This document shows, in pieces, positions 39,993 through 49,796 of a stretch of DNA of 64,000 nucleotides (its first letter is position 1; the number at the start of each line of letters is the position of its first letter). Under the pieces are notes generated by a model. It did no database searches. It was given only the letters and a program-made list of their open reading frames with translations, and had not been told where the DNA came from. The DNA lies in NCBI GenBank assembly GCA_050014495.1, contig JBEKDF010000011.1, forward strand, positions 1 to 64,000. The letters run 5' to 3'. The translations under genes were made by a program, and so were the position numbers. The DNA comes from Candidatus Bathyarchaeia archaeon (GTDB lineage Archaea; Thermoproteota; Bathyarchaeia; TCS64).

Positions 39993-40147
39993 ATGGAATG
40001 CCCAGGTGGGAGCGCCTCAAGGGTCGGAGCAGCGTTCAAGACCCCCGCGAGACGCAGAACCAAGATGGACGGGCTGCGTAAGGCCTTGGGGGCTTAGGCT
40101 CCTAGGAATCCTTCGTCCCCTCGGTGAGAACACCTGGGCACCTCCAT
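39993..40147 (+). ncRNA. putative structured ncRNA, long rod-like hairpin (strand tentative)
   Basis: Nested helices: TGCCCAGGTG/CACCTGGGCA, CGCC/GGTG, AAGGGT/ATCCTT, GGAGC/GCTCC, CCCCC/GGGGG, ACGCAG/CTGCGT; GC-rich island in an AT-rich gap. Confidence 0.55.
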
Positions 40148-40254
40148 TTTATTAAAACAATAACTCTTCATCTCATCTGCAAAAATTATTCGATGGGATA
40201 AGGGGTTACATTATAGCCACCATCGACGACGCCCACTCGTTTCCCAGCTAGATT

Positions 40255-40902
40255 TTACCCAGATCTCCTTAAACCCGCGAAAAGACCGCTATTCTGTGCC
40301 CTAGTTGCTGCTGCTCCACCAAGAAACTGCCTAGTCAACAGAGCAAAAGCGAGGCTCAGGATCGTAGGAAGTAGAGCGACAATCGCTGCTTTCCTACCCG
40401 AGAGACCATAGTTCAACATCACCGCTACACCGACCAAGATCAGTCCGATTATGTTGAACACTGTGAAGCGGTCGACTAGTGTTGCGAGAATCCCCGCTGA
40501 TGAAGAGGCTGACGCTTGCTGACCCAGGACGACGTAGTAGATAAACCCGAGTAGTTGCTGGGCAAGCAATGGAATAGAGGCGTAACCACTGAGGGTGAAC
40601 ATCCTATTGAGGCTCCCCTTCCCACCGAGGACGCTAGCTCCAATATGGTAGATGATTGAAGATAGTACCCACCCCAGAAGTGTCATCACGACCGCCGCGA
40701 TAGCAGCGATGGACTGCACCATTCCCGCAACCCCCGCGACTGGAACTTGAATCCTAGATGCATTTGTGTAGGCCGTGGCCGCGGACAGCAGACCTGTCAC
40801 TAAAACGATCCCAGCGCCTCGTATCAGATGCTTCTCGGTAACTCCGTCGAGCCACCTCATGACCGGAGCGAGGCGCCCAGTGTATTGCTTCTTATCGGTC
40901 AT
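40255..40902 (-). CDS. Yip1 domain membrane protein
   Basis: LGGKGS...GYASIP, multiple TM. Confidence 0.75.
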   Translation of the reverse strand: MTDKKQYTGRLAPVMRWLDGVTEKHLIRGAGIVLVTGLLSAATAYTNASRIQVPVAGVAGMVQSIAAIAAVVMTLLGWVLSSIIYHIGASVLGGKGSLNRMFTLSGYASIPLLAQQLLGFIYYVVLGQQASASSSAGILATLVDRFTVFNIIGLILVGVAVMLNYGLSGRKAAIVALLPTILSLAFALLTRQFLGGAAATRAQNSGLFAGLRRSG

Positions 40903-41010
40903 CTTTTATCCCTGTAGAGGACCCGGCACCCGAATATATAGTTGACCTCTACCTAGTCAACGCCCCATATACCCTCATTTATATCCAGAGTGATAGAATG
41001 GGTTCTGTAA

Positions 41011-41487
41011 ATGGTCACATCTGATGATGTTCGGAGCCATACAGCAATTCATATACTGAAAGGGGCTGTGGTCCAAGTCCTCGGGATGGGCGCCAAGTGG
41101 TCCGCGAGCGCTTACAGTCAGGGCATCCATGGCGGGCTTGCAGTACAGTTCGATAGGAAGCCCACAGAGGAAGAGATGCAGAGGATTGAGGAGGCTGCTA
41201 ACCAGAAGATCAGGGAAGATACCCCCACAGAGGTCCACGAGTTGGCTCGATCTGATGCTGAGGCCTTGTGGGGCGAAGACATCTACGATCTCTTTCCCTT
41301 GTCCGCTGAGCTGAAGTTCGTTAAGGTTTTCAACATCCCTGGGTGGAATGTAAACACCTGTGGAAAACAACACTGCGAGAGAACAGGAGAAGTAAGCGGG
41401 ATCAAGATATCAAAATGGCGCTATAGAGCAAACAAGAAGCTCTTAGAGATGAGCTTTGACGTAACTGGTATAAACGGGTCGGGTTGA
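41011..41487 (+). CDS. alaX: free-standing alanyl-tRNA editing protein (AlaX-S type)
   Basis: HTAIH and CGKQH zinc motifs. Confidence 0.88.
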   Translation: MVTSDDVRSHTAIHILKGAVVQVLGMGAKWSASAYSQGIHGGLAVQFDRKPTEEEMQRIEEAANQKIREDTPTEVHELARSDAEALWGEDIYDLFPLSAELKFVKVFNIPGWNVNTCGKQHCERTGEVSGIKISKWRYRANKKLLEMSFDVTGINGSG

Positions 41488-42509
41488 TTACTACCTGGTG
41501 TAACCGTTTGAAGTTCAGCAGATACCTGTCGTGCATCGACACCCACTGCAGTGGCGAGTCCACTAGAATCGTCGTCGGTGGGCTGCCGAAGCTCAGAGGG
41601 AAGTCGATGGCGGAGAAACAGAAGTATTTCCAAGATCACTATCACAGTCTCCTCGGTACACTGATGAAAGAGCCTAGGGGTTTCGACGGCATGCTCGGCA
41701 GCATACTTACAGAGTCCACCGTCCCCGAGGCCGATGTGGGCGTCATCTACCTCTGGACCGACGGCTACTTCAGCGCATGCGGCGACTCGACATACAGTTG
41801 CAGCGCCGCCCTAGTCAACACGGGTATGGTCGATGTGAAGGAGCCATACACGGAGATCACCTTCGACACGGTCAGTGGTCTGGTAAAGACGAAAGTCGAG
41901 GTGAAGTATGGCGTCGCGAGGAGCATTGCTATGCAGGGCGTCCCTAGCTTCTATTGGAAGACTATGAAGTTTGACGTCCCCCAGGTCGGTGAGGTAGAGG
42001 CCGACATCGCCTATGGTGGACTTTGGTATGCTTTCATCGACGCTGATAGTATCGACCTCAAGCCAACCCTCGAAAATAAGGGGGATTGGATACCACTTGG
42101 GTGGAAGATCAGGAACTTCATAGCTGACCAGATCAAGGTTGACCACCCCGAGTATCCTGAGCTAAATATCCTAGACCTCGTAACCTTCTACACTAAACCA
42201 AGCAAGAAGGAGTATACGAGCAGGCACTGGAATGTCTTCGGTCCTAAGCAGACGTGTAGGAGCCCCGCGGGAACCTGCACAAATGCGAGGATGGCTGCTC
42301 TCTATGGCACGGGCAAGCTCAAGCCGGGACAAGAAGTAAAGTTCGAGTCTACCATTAGCACTGTGATGACTGGGCGGATTGCGAAGGAGGTCAAGGTTGG
42401 TAAGTACAAGGCGATAGTCCCCGAGGTTCTAGCCTCTGCATACATAACTGCCTTCACACAGGTTGTGATTGACCCTGATGACCCGCTAAAGGGCGGTTTC
42501 CTCCTCTAA
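41484..42509 (+). CDS. proline racemase superfamily protein with atypical catalytic motifs
   Basis: DTHCSGE, EPRG, DIAYGG, RSPAGT, DPDDPLKGGF. Confidence 0.88.
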   Translation: MITTWCNRLKFSRYLSCIDTHCSGESTRIVVGGLPKLRGKSMAEKQKYFQDHYHSLLGTLMKEPRGFDGMLGSILTESTVPEADVGVIYLWTDGYFSACGDSTYSCSAALVNTGMVDVKEPYTEITFDTVSGLVKTKVEVKYGVARSIAMQGVPSFYWKTMKFDVPQVGEVEADIAYGGLWYAFIDADSIDLKPTLENKGDWIPLGWKIRNFIADQIKVDHPEYPELNILDLVTFYTKPSKKEYTSRHWNVFGPKQTCRSPAGTCTNARMAALYGTGKLKPGQEVKFESTISTVMTGRIAKEVKVGKYKAIVPEVLASAYITAFTQVVIDPDDPLKGGFLL

Positions 42510-42518
42510 TCTTATCCA

Positions 42519-43283
42519 CTACTTATGCGGTTTTGGGAGGAGATCCCCGAGTCTCGTGGTCTTCAGTTCCTCCGCGAAAGCGCATAGTTCATCAATTTGG
42601 GTTCTCACGATTTGCTCGCCGTGTATAGCCGTGGCCTTGATTGCCTCAATATTCTTCCCAGCAGCGCCGAATACCCCAGTAGGACTTAAGTCAATTGTAT
42701 CCAACCCAAAGTCCGCTGGGCCGACCCTCTGAGCCTTCATCTTAATACCCGCGAGTGTCTCCTTCTGCTTCGTGTCGACAGCTTTCTCCATCTTTATCAA
42801 CTCAGGGCGAAGGTGAAGCATGATGCTCGTTTCGTCCTCCCCCGCATGGCCATCTAGATTAGTCGGGTAAGCGTTCGCGATTGCCACGAAAATGTCTTCG
42901 TTGCTCCGCAGCTCCTCAGCAACCTCTCTAAGGCTCGCTGTATTCCCCCCATGGCCGTTTATCACTATGAACTTCTTAGGGCCGTGACTCGATGCACTGA
43001 ATATGATTGCCTTGATGTATTCCCTAAAGATCTTGGGCGGAGCCCAAAGGGTGCCGGGGAACTGTCGGTGGTTGCTACTGACTCCAACCGGGACGACTGG
43101 GAGCACTGGGAGGTTGGTCCTCTCCCCCACCGCAGAGGCGACGGCTTCCGCTGTAATGTAATCTGTGCCCAATGGGCAGTGTGGGCCATGCTGCTCCGTA
43201 CTCCCCACCGGAAGGATGACGGTATCGACGTCCCCTCTTATCCTCTGAGCTTCCGTCCAGGAGACCTCAGCGAGCTTCACCAT
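42519..43283 (-). CDS. creatininase family amidohydrolase
   Basis: GSTEQHGPH, NGHGGN, HAGEDETS. Confidence 0.9.
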   Translation of the reverse strand: MVKLAEVSWTEAQRIRGDVDTVILPVGSTEQHGPHCPLGTDYITAEAVASAVGERTNLPVLPVVPVGVSSNHRQFPGTLWAPPKIFREYIKAIIFSASSHGPKKFIVINGHGGNTASLREVAEELRSNEDIFVAIANAYPTNLDGHAGEDETSIMLHLRPELIKMEKAVDTKQKETLAGIKMKAQRVGPADFGLDTIDLSPTGVFGAAGKNIEAIKATAIHGEQIVRTQIDELCAFAEELKTTRLGDLLPKPHK

Positions 43284-43321
43284 GTTTATCGATCAAATGT
43301 GCCCCTCGCTGGTATAAACAA

Positions 43322-43798
43322 TTGACCGACACCTACAGGTTTTTTCAATGCAAGGGTGATCAATATATTGTGTCCTCAGCCGAGCCAGGACTAATAGTCG
43401 TCTTTGAGGGGAAGCGGACACGGGTCCGGATCTTCCGCCGCTTCTTCTACCCTGTTCAGGCTAGGGACGAGGAAATTAACGTCGTCGTATACTCTGATAC
43501 TGGGCAGGAGAGAGAGATCACCTACAAGCGGGCCGAAAACTTCAGCCTCGATGACCCATTCAAGCTGGTTTCAATGATTCGTCTTGCCCGCGCTATGAAG
43601 GTCCTAAAGACAGATAAGCTAACTAATGGCGTCCAGAACCTCCGGTTCACAATCTGCAAGAGCGAGGAACTCATAGGCTCCCACACTGAGAGGGACGAGT
43701 GGATACCGTTCGACCCTACTAGGATGAGGCCTCTAGACGAACGTATAAGGGACGCAAAGAAGAGGGCTAGGTGGAAGCAGAGGCTCATGGCGCGTTGA
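43322..43798 (+). CDS. hypothetical protein
   Basis: 158-aa ORF filling the gap, divergent from creatininase. Confidence 0.65.
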   Translation: MTDTYRFFQCKGDQYIVSSAEPGLIVVFEGKRTRVRIFRRFFYPVQARDEEINVVVYSDTGQEREITYKRAENFSLDDPFKLVSMIRLARAMKVLKTDKLTNGVQNLRFTICKSEELIGSHTERDEWIPFDPTRMRPLDERIRDAKKRARWKQRLMAR

Positions 43799-44735
43799 GG
43801 GCCATTGCGATATCCTCTATAAAAAGTTCGAGTTTATCCCTCGGCACCTTTGCCCCGCTCGCGCGGGCGTGCCCCCCACCGAATCCACCATACTTATTCG
43901 AAACCCGGGAGACGAGGTCGCCAAGGTGCTCAGGGAGCCTTCTCTCACCCCGGAGGCTTATATTCACCATCCCACCCTGGTCCTTCCAGCACAAACCTAC
44001 CGGCACTAATAGAGCATCCATGATTATGTTAGCAACTTCCCCCGTTGATGAGTCGTCACTACATTCCATGACAGCGAGCCGACCCAATACGCGCGCCCTC
44101 CCCCGGATAGTCTCCTTAATTCTAACGATCTTCTCAAGCTGGTTGACTGAAGCCTCGACGACGCCCTGAATTCTATGGGGATACGCGTAGTTACTCAGCT
44201 CCCTCAGGAGCCTCTTCTTGAAGGCGTCAGACTGGTCATTGCCAAGGGCAGCGCTAAGCATCAACGCCTCGTGTTGAACGAACTTCCTATCCATGCCATC
44301 CATAAGGCGTGAAGCTATAGGTCCGTCATCGAACATATCCGAAACAGCAGCATACGCGATGAGTCTCGCTGCATCGACCTCAAGCCTGTCCCTGAAGTGG
44401 TCGTAGACTAGGGCCGAGGCACAGTCCCGGGTGGAGTGAACTATCTCGACACCAAGACCACGAAGGTGATTCGCGAGACTCGTCTCCATTGGGTGGTGGT
44501 CGATTATCGTCACAGACGTATGTGCCGTTATCCCCTTAAGGAGTGGTAAGAGCGCCTCCCTGAGATTTAGGTCCGTTATGAAAAGCCTGTCAAAGTCTTT
44601 TCCTACGTTGATGAGTGCATCTTCTAGATCATCATAGTTCGCTGGTATCACAACCGCATCGAAGAGGTGGATAAGAAGTGCCCCACATGTGAGTCCGTCG
44701 ACATCGTCACCATGGGTTATGTTGGCGTTGGGCAT
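43785..44735 (-). CDS. DHH/DHHA1 phosphoesterase
   Basis: HGDDVDG, ITDL, IDHH, GGGHARASG. Confidence 0.88.
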   Translation of the reverse strand: MPNANITHGDDVDGLTCGALLIHLFDAVVIPANYDDLEDALINVGKDFDRLFITDLNLREALLPLLKGITAHTSVTIIDHHPMETSLANHLRGLGVEIVHSTRDCASALVYDHFRDRLEVDAARLIAYAAVSDMFDDGPIASRLMDGMDRKFVQHEALMLSAALGNDQSDAFKKRLLRELSNYAYPHRIQGVVEASVNQLEKIVRIKETIRGRARVLGRLAVMECSDDSSTGEVANIIMDALLVPVGLCWKDQGGMVNISLRGERRLPEHLGDLVSRVSNKYGGFGGGHARASGAKVPRDKLELFIEDIAMALNAP

Positions 44736-44768
44736 TGATTCTTCAAAACATGGCGACTGTTCTTGGTC

Positions 44769-45632
44769 TTAAACACTGTCCCTCAAGAGCTTTCGCCCCT
44801 GTGGGGTAGATGTTGAAACCTCCTCGAAGTAGCTGTGAATAAGCCTCGCGGCCTCGGTGAGGATATTTAGTGTGTTGACCATATGGAGGTCTGACGACGG
44901 GATGTTTTTGGCCAGGAGCGCCATGGCATATGGTCGTTTTGGCTGATACACTATCCCCGCGTCTAATGTCGCTCCTTCTACCCACCCTGATTTATCCGAG
45001 ACATCCACTGAGTCTGGGACTGCGTTCCTAATGACCCCTTGGACCATCCCCTCTTTTGGCTTCCCAAGCAATTTCAGGGTCTCACTACAAACGTATGGGC
45101 TGAGGACACTAGGCTTATAGAGCTCCTGAAACATCGCTATGAGCTCCCTAGGCGTCGTGAAGCTATCTCTACCGGCCTTGAAAGCCTCCACATCCATCAT
45201 CTTCCGGGCTAGGTACGTTTCCCTAAGGCCAAGTGATGATATGAGAGTGTTAATCTGATTCATCCCAAGTAGGTCGATAAGGTAGTTCGTGGAGGAGTTG
45301 TCACTCACGTTTATCATCAGAGTAAGATAATCAATGAGGGGCATCGTGACAGCGCCGGGAGTCAACGTCTTGATTACCCCGCTCCCCCCCACCTTATGCC
45401 CTTCAACATATGTTAACATCATCATAGTGTCGAGGGTCCCCGCCTCTACTCGCCGATAGAACTCCATGAGTATAGGCACCTTGATTGTGCTCGCGATGGG
45501 GAAGACCTCATCACTATTCACAGCAAAGAACTCGCTTGAGGTAAGATCTTTTACAGCAACCCCCATGACACCCTCGTAGTGCTCCGAGACCTCTGCGAGC
45601 CTTAACCCAAGTTTCCTGAAGAGAAGAGACAT
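44769..45632 (-). CDS. class A beta-lactamase-like serine hydrolase
   Basis: STIK, SDN, KSG motifs. Confidence 0.85.
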   Translation of the reverse strand: MSLLFRKLGLRLAEVSEHYEGVMGVAVKDLTSSEFFAVNSDEVFPIASTIKVPILMEFYRRVEAGTLDTMMMLTYVEGHKVGGSGVIKTLTPGAVTMPLIDYLTLMINVSDNSSTNYLIDLLGMNQINTLISSLGLRETYLARKMMDVEAFKAGRDSFTTPRELIAMFQELYKPSVLSPYVCSETLKLLGKPKEGMVQGVIRNAVPDSVDVSDKSGWVEGATLDAGIVYQPKRPYAMALLAKNIPSSDLHMVNTLNILTEAARLIHSYFEEVSTSTPQGRKLLRDSV

Positions 45633-45663
45633 TGAGGAAAAGTTGATCGGTGGGGATTTAACT

Positions 45664-46680
45664 CTAGTAGCCACGGTGAGGATCACAGACGTTTAGGAGA
45701 GGTTCACCCACAACGTATCTACGGAGGTTCTCGCAGAACTGGGTGACTATCCTGTTCCCGATCTTCGGGCTCGAGTGGCTGTCGTGCGGCACAATGAATA
45801 CGTTTCCCAACCCCCACAGAGGGCTATCCGGAGGGAGGGGTTCGACCCCGAAGCAGTCGAGGTAAGCACCCGATATCCATCCCTCACGAAGCGCTCTCGT
45901 CATGGCCTCCTCGTCGGCTACTCGGCCACGGCCCACATTGATGAAGTAACAACTTTTCTTCATAGCCCTAAAGGCTGCTTCACCTATGAGTGCTACCGTC
46001 TCCGAAGTGAGTGGAGCGAGCTCTACTACATAATCCGCCTCGGGGAGGCGATCAATTAGATCCGAAGAGGAAAATACTTCATCCACATTCGGCACAGGCT
46101 CGATTCTCACTTTTGTGCCTATGACCCTCATGTCAAATGCCTTGCAGAGGCGGGCCACACGCTTGCCAAGGTTACCAAGGCCAATTAGGAGAATAGTCTG
46201 CTCATCAAGGTCTTCACATAACACCTGCCTCCATCTCTTATCCCTCTGGTCGATTCTCCTCTGCCCAAAGCGCTTAGCCTGCTCAAGAACTGCTGCTAGG
46301 ACGCTCTCAGCAATCGAAATTGTATGTATTCCAGGGCTATTGGTTAGGGTCACTCTGCCATCAAGTATCTCACTCGTTATATTGTCGCTGAATCCCGTGC
46401 TGCATAACTGAATCCAACGGAGACTCGGGGTGAAGAACTTCTCGTAGTCCGTTCTATCAAGCTCCCCCACGTAATGTGTGTAATTTCCTCCCTCCGCGAG
46501 GGCGACCTCAACATTATCGACTCTCTCCATTTTGTGGACGACCTGCTCGGGGAGTTCCAGTAACTCTATTACAGGTGAGATTGAGAGAATTTGTTGGCGC
46601 TGCTCCTCCGTGAGCCAGTTTCCATCAGGTCGTGGGAATTGATGGCCTCGTGGGATACCACTGACTACGACGTGAATCAT
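45664..46680 (-). CDS. D-2-hydroxyacid dehydrogenase family
   Basis: GLGNLG, NVGRG, LDCFGVEPLP, PH. Confidence 0.9.
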   Translation of the reverse strand: MIHVVVSGIPRGHQFPRPDGNWLTEEQRQQILSISPVIELLELPEQVVHKMERVDNVEVALAEGGNYTHYVGELDRTDYEKFFTPSLRWIQLCSTGFSDNITSEILDGRVTLTNSPGIHTISIAESVLAAVLEQAKRFGQRRIDQRDKRWRQVLCEDLDEQTILLIGLGNLGKRVARLCKAFDMRVIGTKVRIEPVPNVDEVFSSSDLIDRLPEADYVVELAPLTSETVALIGEAAFRAMKKSCYFINVGRGRVADEEAMTRALREGWISGAYLDCFGVEPLPPDSPLWGLGNVFIVPHDSHSSPKIGNRIVTQFCENLRRYVVGEPLLNVCDPHRGY

Positions 46681-46768
46681 TTTAATCCACTACCCTCCAC
46701 ACTGGCATAAAAATTATTCAGAAAATTGCTCGAGCCGAAATTTAAAATTCATGATGATCAAGAATGTC

Positions 46769-47254
46769 TTAGGATGCAGGCTTCCCAGCACTACTAACCG
46801 TTATCTCACTCCTCATTTCACGGAACTTTACTACAGATTGAAGCACACTTATTGCCACAACCCCAACTGACAACCAAATAAAGACCCGGAGATCTAGAAC
46901 AATTTCTGTTACGACCTTCTCCTGCATAAACTTGAAGCTGCTATAGCCGAGGCTCCCTACGTTTCCCACACCTATAACAAGGAGCGCGAAGGCCAAGGAG
47001 ATTAGGTCCGAAGATACACTAAATACGAGGTAAGCAATCGACGTCCTCCTGATTATAGCTTTAACCAGAGTAATAACTGAAATGATGAGACCGAGTACTG
47101 CTGTCTGCATTAAAAAGTCCTGAATATCAAGTCCCGTGACTTTGAGTTGGTCGAGGGTTTGAGCTGGAACGAGCTGGATAGCAATGAGGGGCAGTGCGAC
47201 TAGCCCCAGGAATGTGAGTAGTACTGCTGCTGCCTCACTCCACCTTACGGTCAA
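46769..47254 (-). CDS. membrane protein, hypothetical
   Basis: About 4 TM helices; start taken at TTG 47254. Confidence 0.65.
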   Translation of the reverse strand: MTVRWSEAAAVLLTFLGLVALPLIAIQLVPAQTLDQLKVTGLDIQDFLMQTAVLGLIISVITLVKAIIRRTSIAYLVFSVSSDLISLAFALLVIGVGNVGSLGYSSFKFMQEKVVTEIVLDLRVFIWLSVGVVAISVLQSVVKFREMRSEITVSSAGKPAS

Positions 47255-47255
47255 C

Positions 47256-47681
47256 TCAGCCACCTCCCTCCGACATCGAGTTGTAGTCGATCCTAACCAA
47301 ATCATTCAATGTGATGATACTTGTATAGATATCCAGGGTTCCCTTCGCGTTTGTGTAATCCTGAAAATTTTTCATAGGCACCTTGATGGATAGGTCAATG
47401 TTTTCCTGAGCACCAGGAGGGAGGTAGACTGATGTAGTGTTCTTTACCGTAAACGAGCCATCTGTTAGTGTTAAACCGAAGCCAAGATTCATGTGAGCCG
47501 ATAGGTAACCAGTATTATGTGGTGTAAAGGTGAACGTTATCGTGGCTATCTGAGTTGGCTCGTCGACTGTGACGGGCAAATTTCCGCCATTATGTATAGC
47601 TGAGCCAAATAACGATAATATTGTCTGTCCACAAAGGAGGAATAGTCCAACTCCTGCTACCTCTATGATGAGAAGTGCCAC
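47256..47681 (-). CDS. membrane-anchored beta-rich hypothetical protein
   Basis: N-terminal TM then beta-strand-like sequence; frame is open upstream to a CTG at 47705. Confidence 0.6.
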   Translation of the reverse strand: MALLIIEVAGVGLFLLCGQTILSLFGSAIHNGGNLPVTVDEPTQIATITFTFTPHNTGYLSAHMNLGFGLTLTDGSFTVKNTTSVYLPPGAQENIDLSIKVPMKNFQDYTNAKGTLDIYTSIITLNDLVRIDYNSMSEGGG

Positions 47682-47755
47682 ACCAATTATTTGAGATATC
47701 TTCAGGAATTATCCCCCTAAAACCTGCTGTAGAATTTGTAGAAAAGTTTAATGGA

Positions 47756-48853
47756 TTACTTTTTCCGATAAACTTCTACGTTGTGTTGTAAGTTACTCTT
47801 GTCGAGTGCCTTAACGGTGGCTGCTATAAGCTTCCCGGCATTGGTGAGGTCACTTAGGCTGACGACCTCATTGGGACTGTGCATATATCGGTTGGGCAGA
47901 CTGATGAGGCCCGTGATAGTCCCCCCACGTGTCACCTGTATAGCCCACGCATCCGTTCCACTCGCGGATGGAACCCCTTGCATCTGCATTGGTATCTTTC
48001 CTTTCTTCCCCTCCTTCTCCATCATCTCCCAGAGGGCCCGTGTGAAGTTCGCGCCAATGCCTACAACAGGGCCCTTACCGATCTGGATGTCCCCAACCCT
48101 ATTGGCGTCCACCCCAGGGGCCACAGCGTGTGTAACATCTGCCGCGATGGCTGCCCAAGGTTGTATGTTGTAAGCACTCACCTGAGCACCTCTCAGTCCT
48201 ATCTCCTCTTGGGTTGTCGCGACAGCGTATACCTTCACTTTTTTTGGCGGGTCTTTAGCGAGGATGTCTAAGGCCTCTATGAAGGAAGCTACAGCACAGA
48301 TGTCGTCGAAGGCAGGGCCAATAACCATATCGGAACCCTCCTTACCGAGGTACTCTACCTCCGCGATGGGGGTGCATGGGCAACCTATCTTGACCCCCAT
48401 TTTCTCTGCATCCTCCGCAGACGAGGCCCCGAAGTCTATCCTCATGTCCTTGAGAGGAACGGCCTTCTCCCTCTCACTCACATCTGTGAGGTGTGCAGCC
48501 TTAGTCCCGATGGTGCCGACTATGTAATCCTTAGGACCATCTCCGACCCAGATTCTAACCCTCGTCCCGTACGCAACCCGTGGGTCCCAGCCTCCAACCT
48601 GGTCAAAGCTGGCATACCCTTTTTCGTCGACGTGCTTCACTAGAAACCCGATCTGGTCGTAGTGCCCCGCGAGCATGACGGCCCTCTCCCCAGAGCCGAT
48701 GGTCCCTGTAACGTTTCCGATAACGTCCACGGATACCGAATCGCAGTACTTTGAATACTGCTCGATGACCTTCTTTCTCCTCGGCTCCTCGAATCCAGTC
48801 ACCGCAGGAGCGCTCATGAGTTCTTTCAGGACCTTGTACATGTCAACCGGCAT
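47756..48853 (-). CDS. M42 (TET-like) aminopeptidase
   Basis: GHYDQIG, AFDD, QEEIGLRGA, GTDA, RYMHSP. Confidence 0.92.
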   Translation of the reverse strand: MPVDMYKVLKELMSAPAVTGFEEPRRKKVIEQYSKYCDSVSVDVIGNVTGTIGSGERAVMLAGHYDQIGFLVKHVDEKGYASFDQVGGWDPRVAYGTRVRIWVGDGPKDYIVGTIGTKAAHLTDVSEREKAVPLKDMRIDFGASSAEDAEKMGVKIGCPCTPIAEVEYLGKEGSDMVIGPAFDDICAVASFIEALDILAKDPPKKVKVYAVATTQEEIGLRGAQVSAYNIQPWAAIAADVTHAVAPGVDANRVGDIQIGKGPVVGIGANFTRALWEMMEKEGKKGKIPMQMQGVPSASGTDAWAIQVTRGGTITGLISLPNRYMHSPNEVVSLSDLTNAGKLIAATVKALDKSNLQHNVEVYRKK

Positions 48854-48950
48854 TATGCTTCACAGTTATGATTGGGGCGGGCAGCTGTTTAAGGTTTGGC
48901 GGGCTCAATGGTTTTAAGGGCTTAACGTCGATACCAAACCAGTGTCCTCT

Positions 48951-49706
48951 ATGAACCCAAAGAGAGCCCTCGTCCGCGATATAGGCGACAGGTACAAGAG
49001 CTGCCTGTCGACGCACCCTCTCCACTCAACCCTCGACCTGAACTTAGCGAGGGAGCAGCACATGGCCTATTGCTCAGCGCTTAAGGAACTGGGGTTGGAG
49101 ATCATCCGTGTCCCTCGAGACGATGAGCGCCCCGACTCAGTATTCGTCGAGGACAACGTCGTTGTCCACGGTGGAAAGGCCATCATCTGTCGGATGGCCA
49201 AGATGAGTCGCCGCGGTGAGGAGACAGGCGTGGAGACGGTCCTCAAGCAGTACTTGAAGGTGAAGAGAGCAACCTCCCCCGCCACAGTTGAAGGAGGAGA
49301 CGTCGTCCACCTAGATAACAAACTCATCAGTGGAATAAGCCAGAGGACGAACCCGGAGGGTATTGCCCAGATGCAGGAGTGGTTGGAGGTCCCTGTGGCA
49401 ACCATCTTCGATCCTAGTATCATGCACTTGAAGAGCTATGTGACGTATCTCGGGAGGAAAATAATGATTGCAACGGAGCGATACGCTACTCACCCAGCCC
49501 TCGAAGGATTCCAGATCATAATCCCTCCCAGCAATAACGAGTATGCAGCGGACACACTCGCCGTTGGCGAAACTGTACTCATGGCGGAGGGTTACCCCGA
49601 GGCTCACAAGATGGTGGAAGAGGCTGGTTTCGACGTCGTTGTTCTAAATGTCTCGGAAATACAGAAATGCGATGGAGCTCTGACCTGCATGAGCGTGCTA
49701 TTCTAA
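48951..49706 (+). CDS. dimethylarginine dimethylaminohydrolase / amidinotransferase family
   Basis: PDSVFVED, EGGDV, HLKS, GALTCMS. Confidence 0.9.
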   Translation: MNPKRALVRDIGDRYKSCLSTHPLHSTLDLNLAREQHMAYCSALKELGLEIIRVPRDDERPDSVFVEDNVVVHGGKAIICRMAKMSRRGEETGVETVLKQYLKVKRATSPATVEGGDVVHLDNKLISGISQRTNPEGIAQMQEWLEVPVATIFDPSIMHLKSYVTYLGRKIMIATERYATHPALEGFQIIIPPSNNEYAADTLAVGETVLMAEGYPEAHKMVEEAGFDVVVLNVSEIQKCDGALTCMSVLF

Positions 49707-49796
49707 TCACCTCTCAAATCACCCACAATGCTTTTCTCCGTTGGGCACTTGGTGCTAACCGCCCCAAGCAAGTGACGAAAAAACGAGGACACAAGC

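Noticed and set aside
39993..40147. Assignment of the hairpin as SRP RNA, RNase P RNA or H/ACA guide
   Set aside because: Too short and lacks the SRP GGAA tetraloop helix and RNase P conserved regions; an ACA follows the stem on the minus strand but the spacing to any pocket does not fit.
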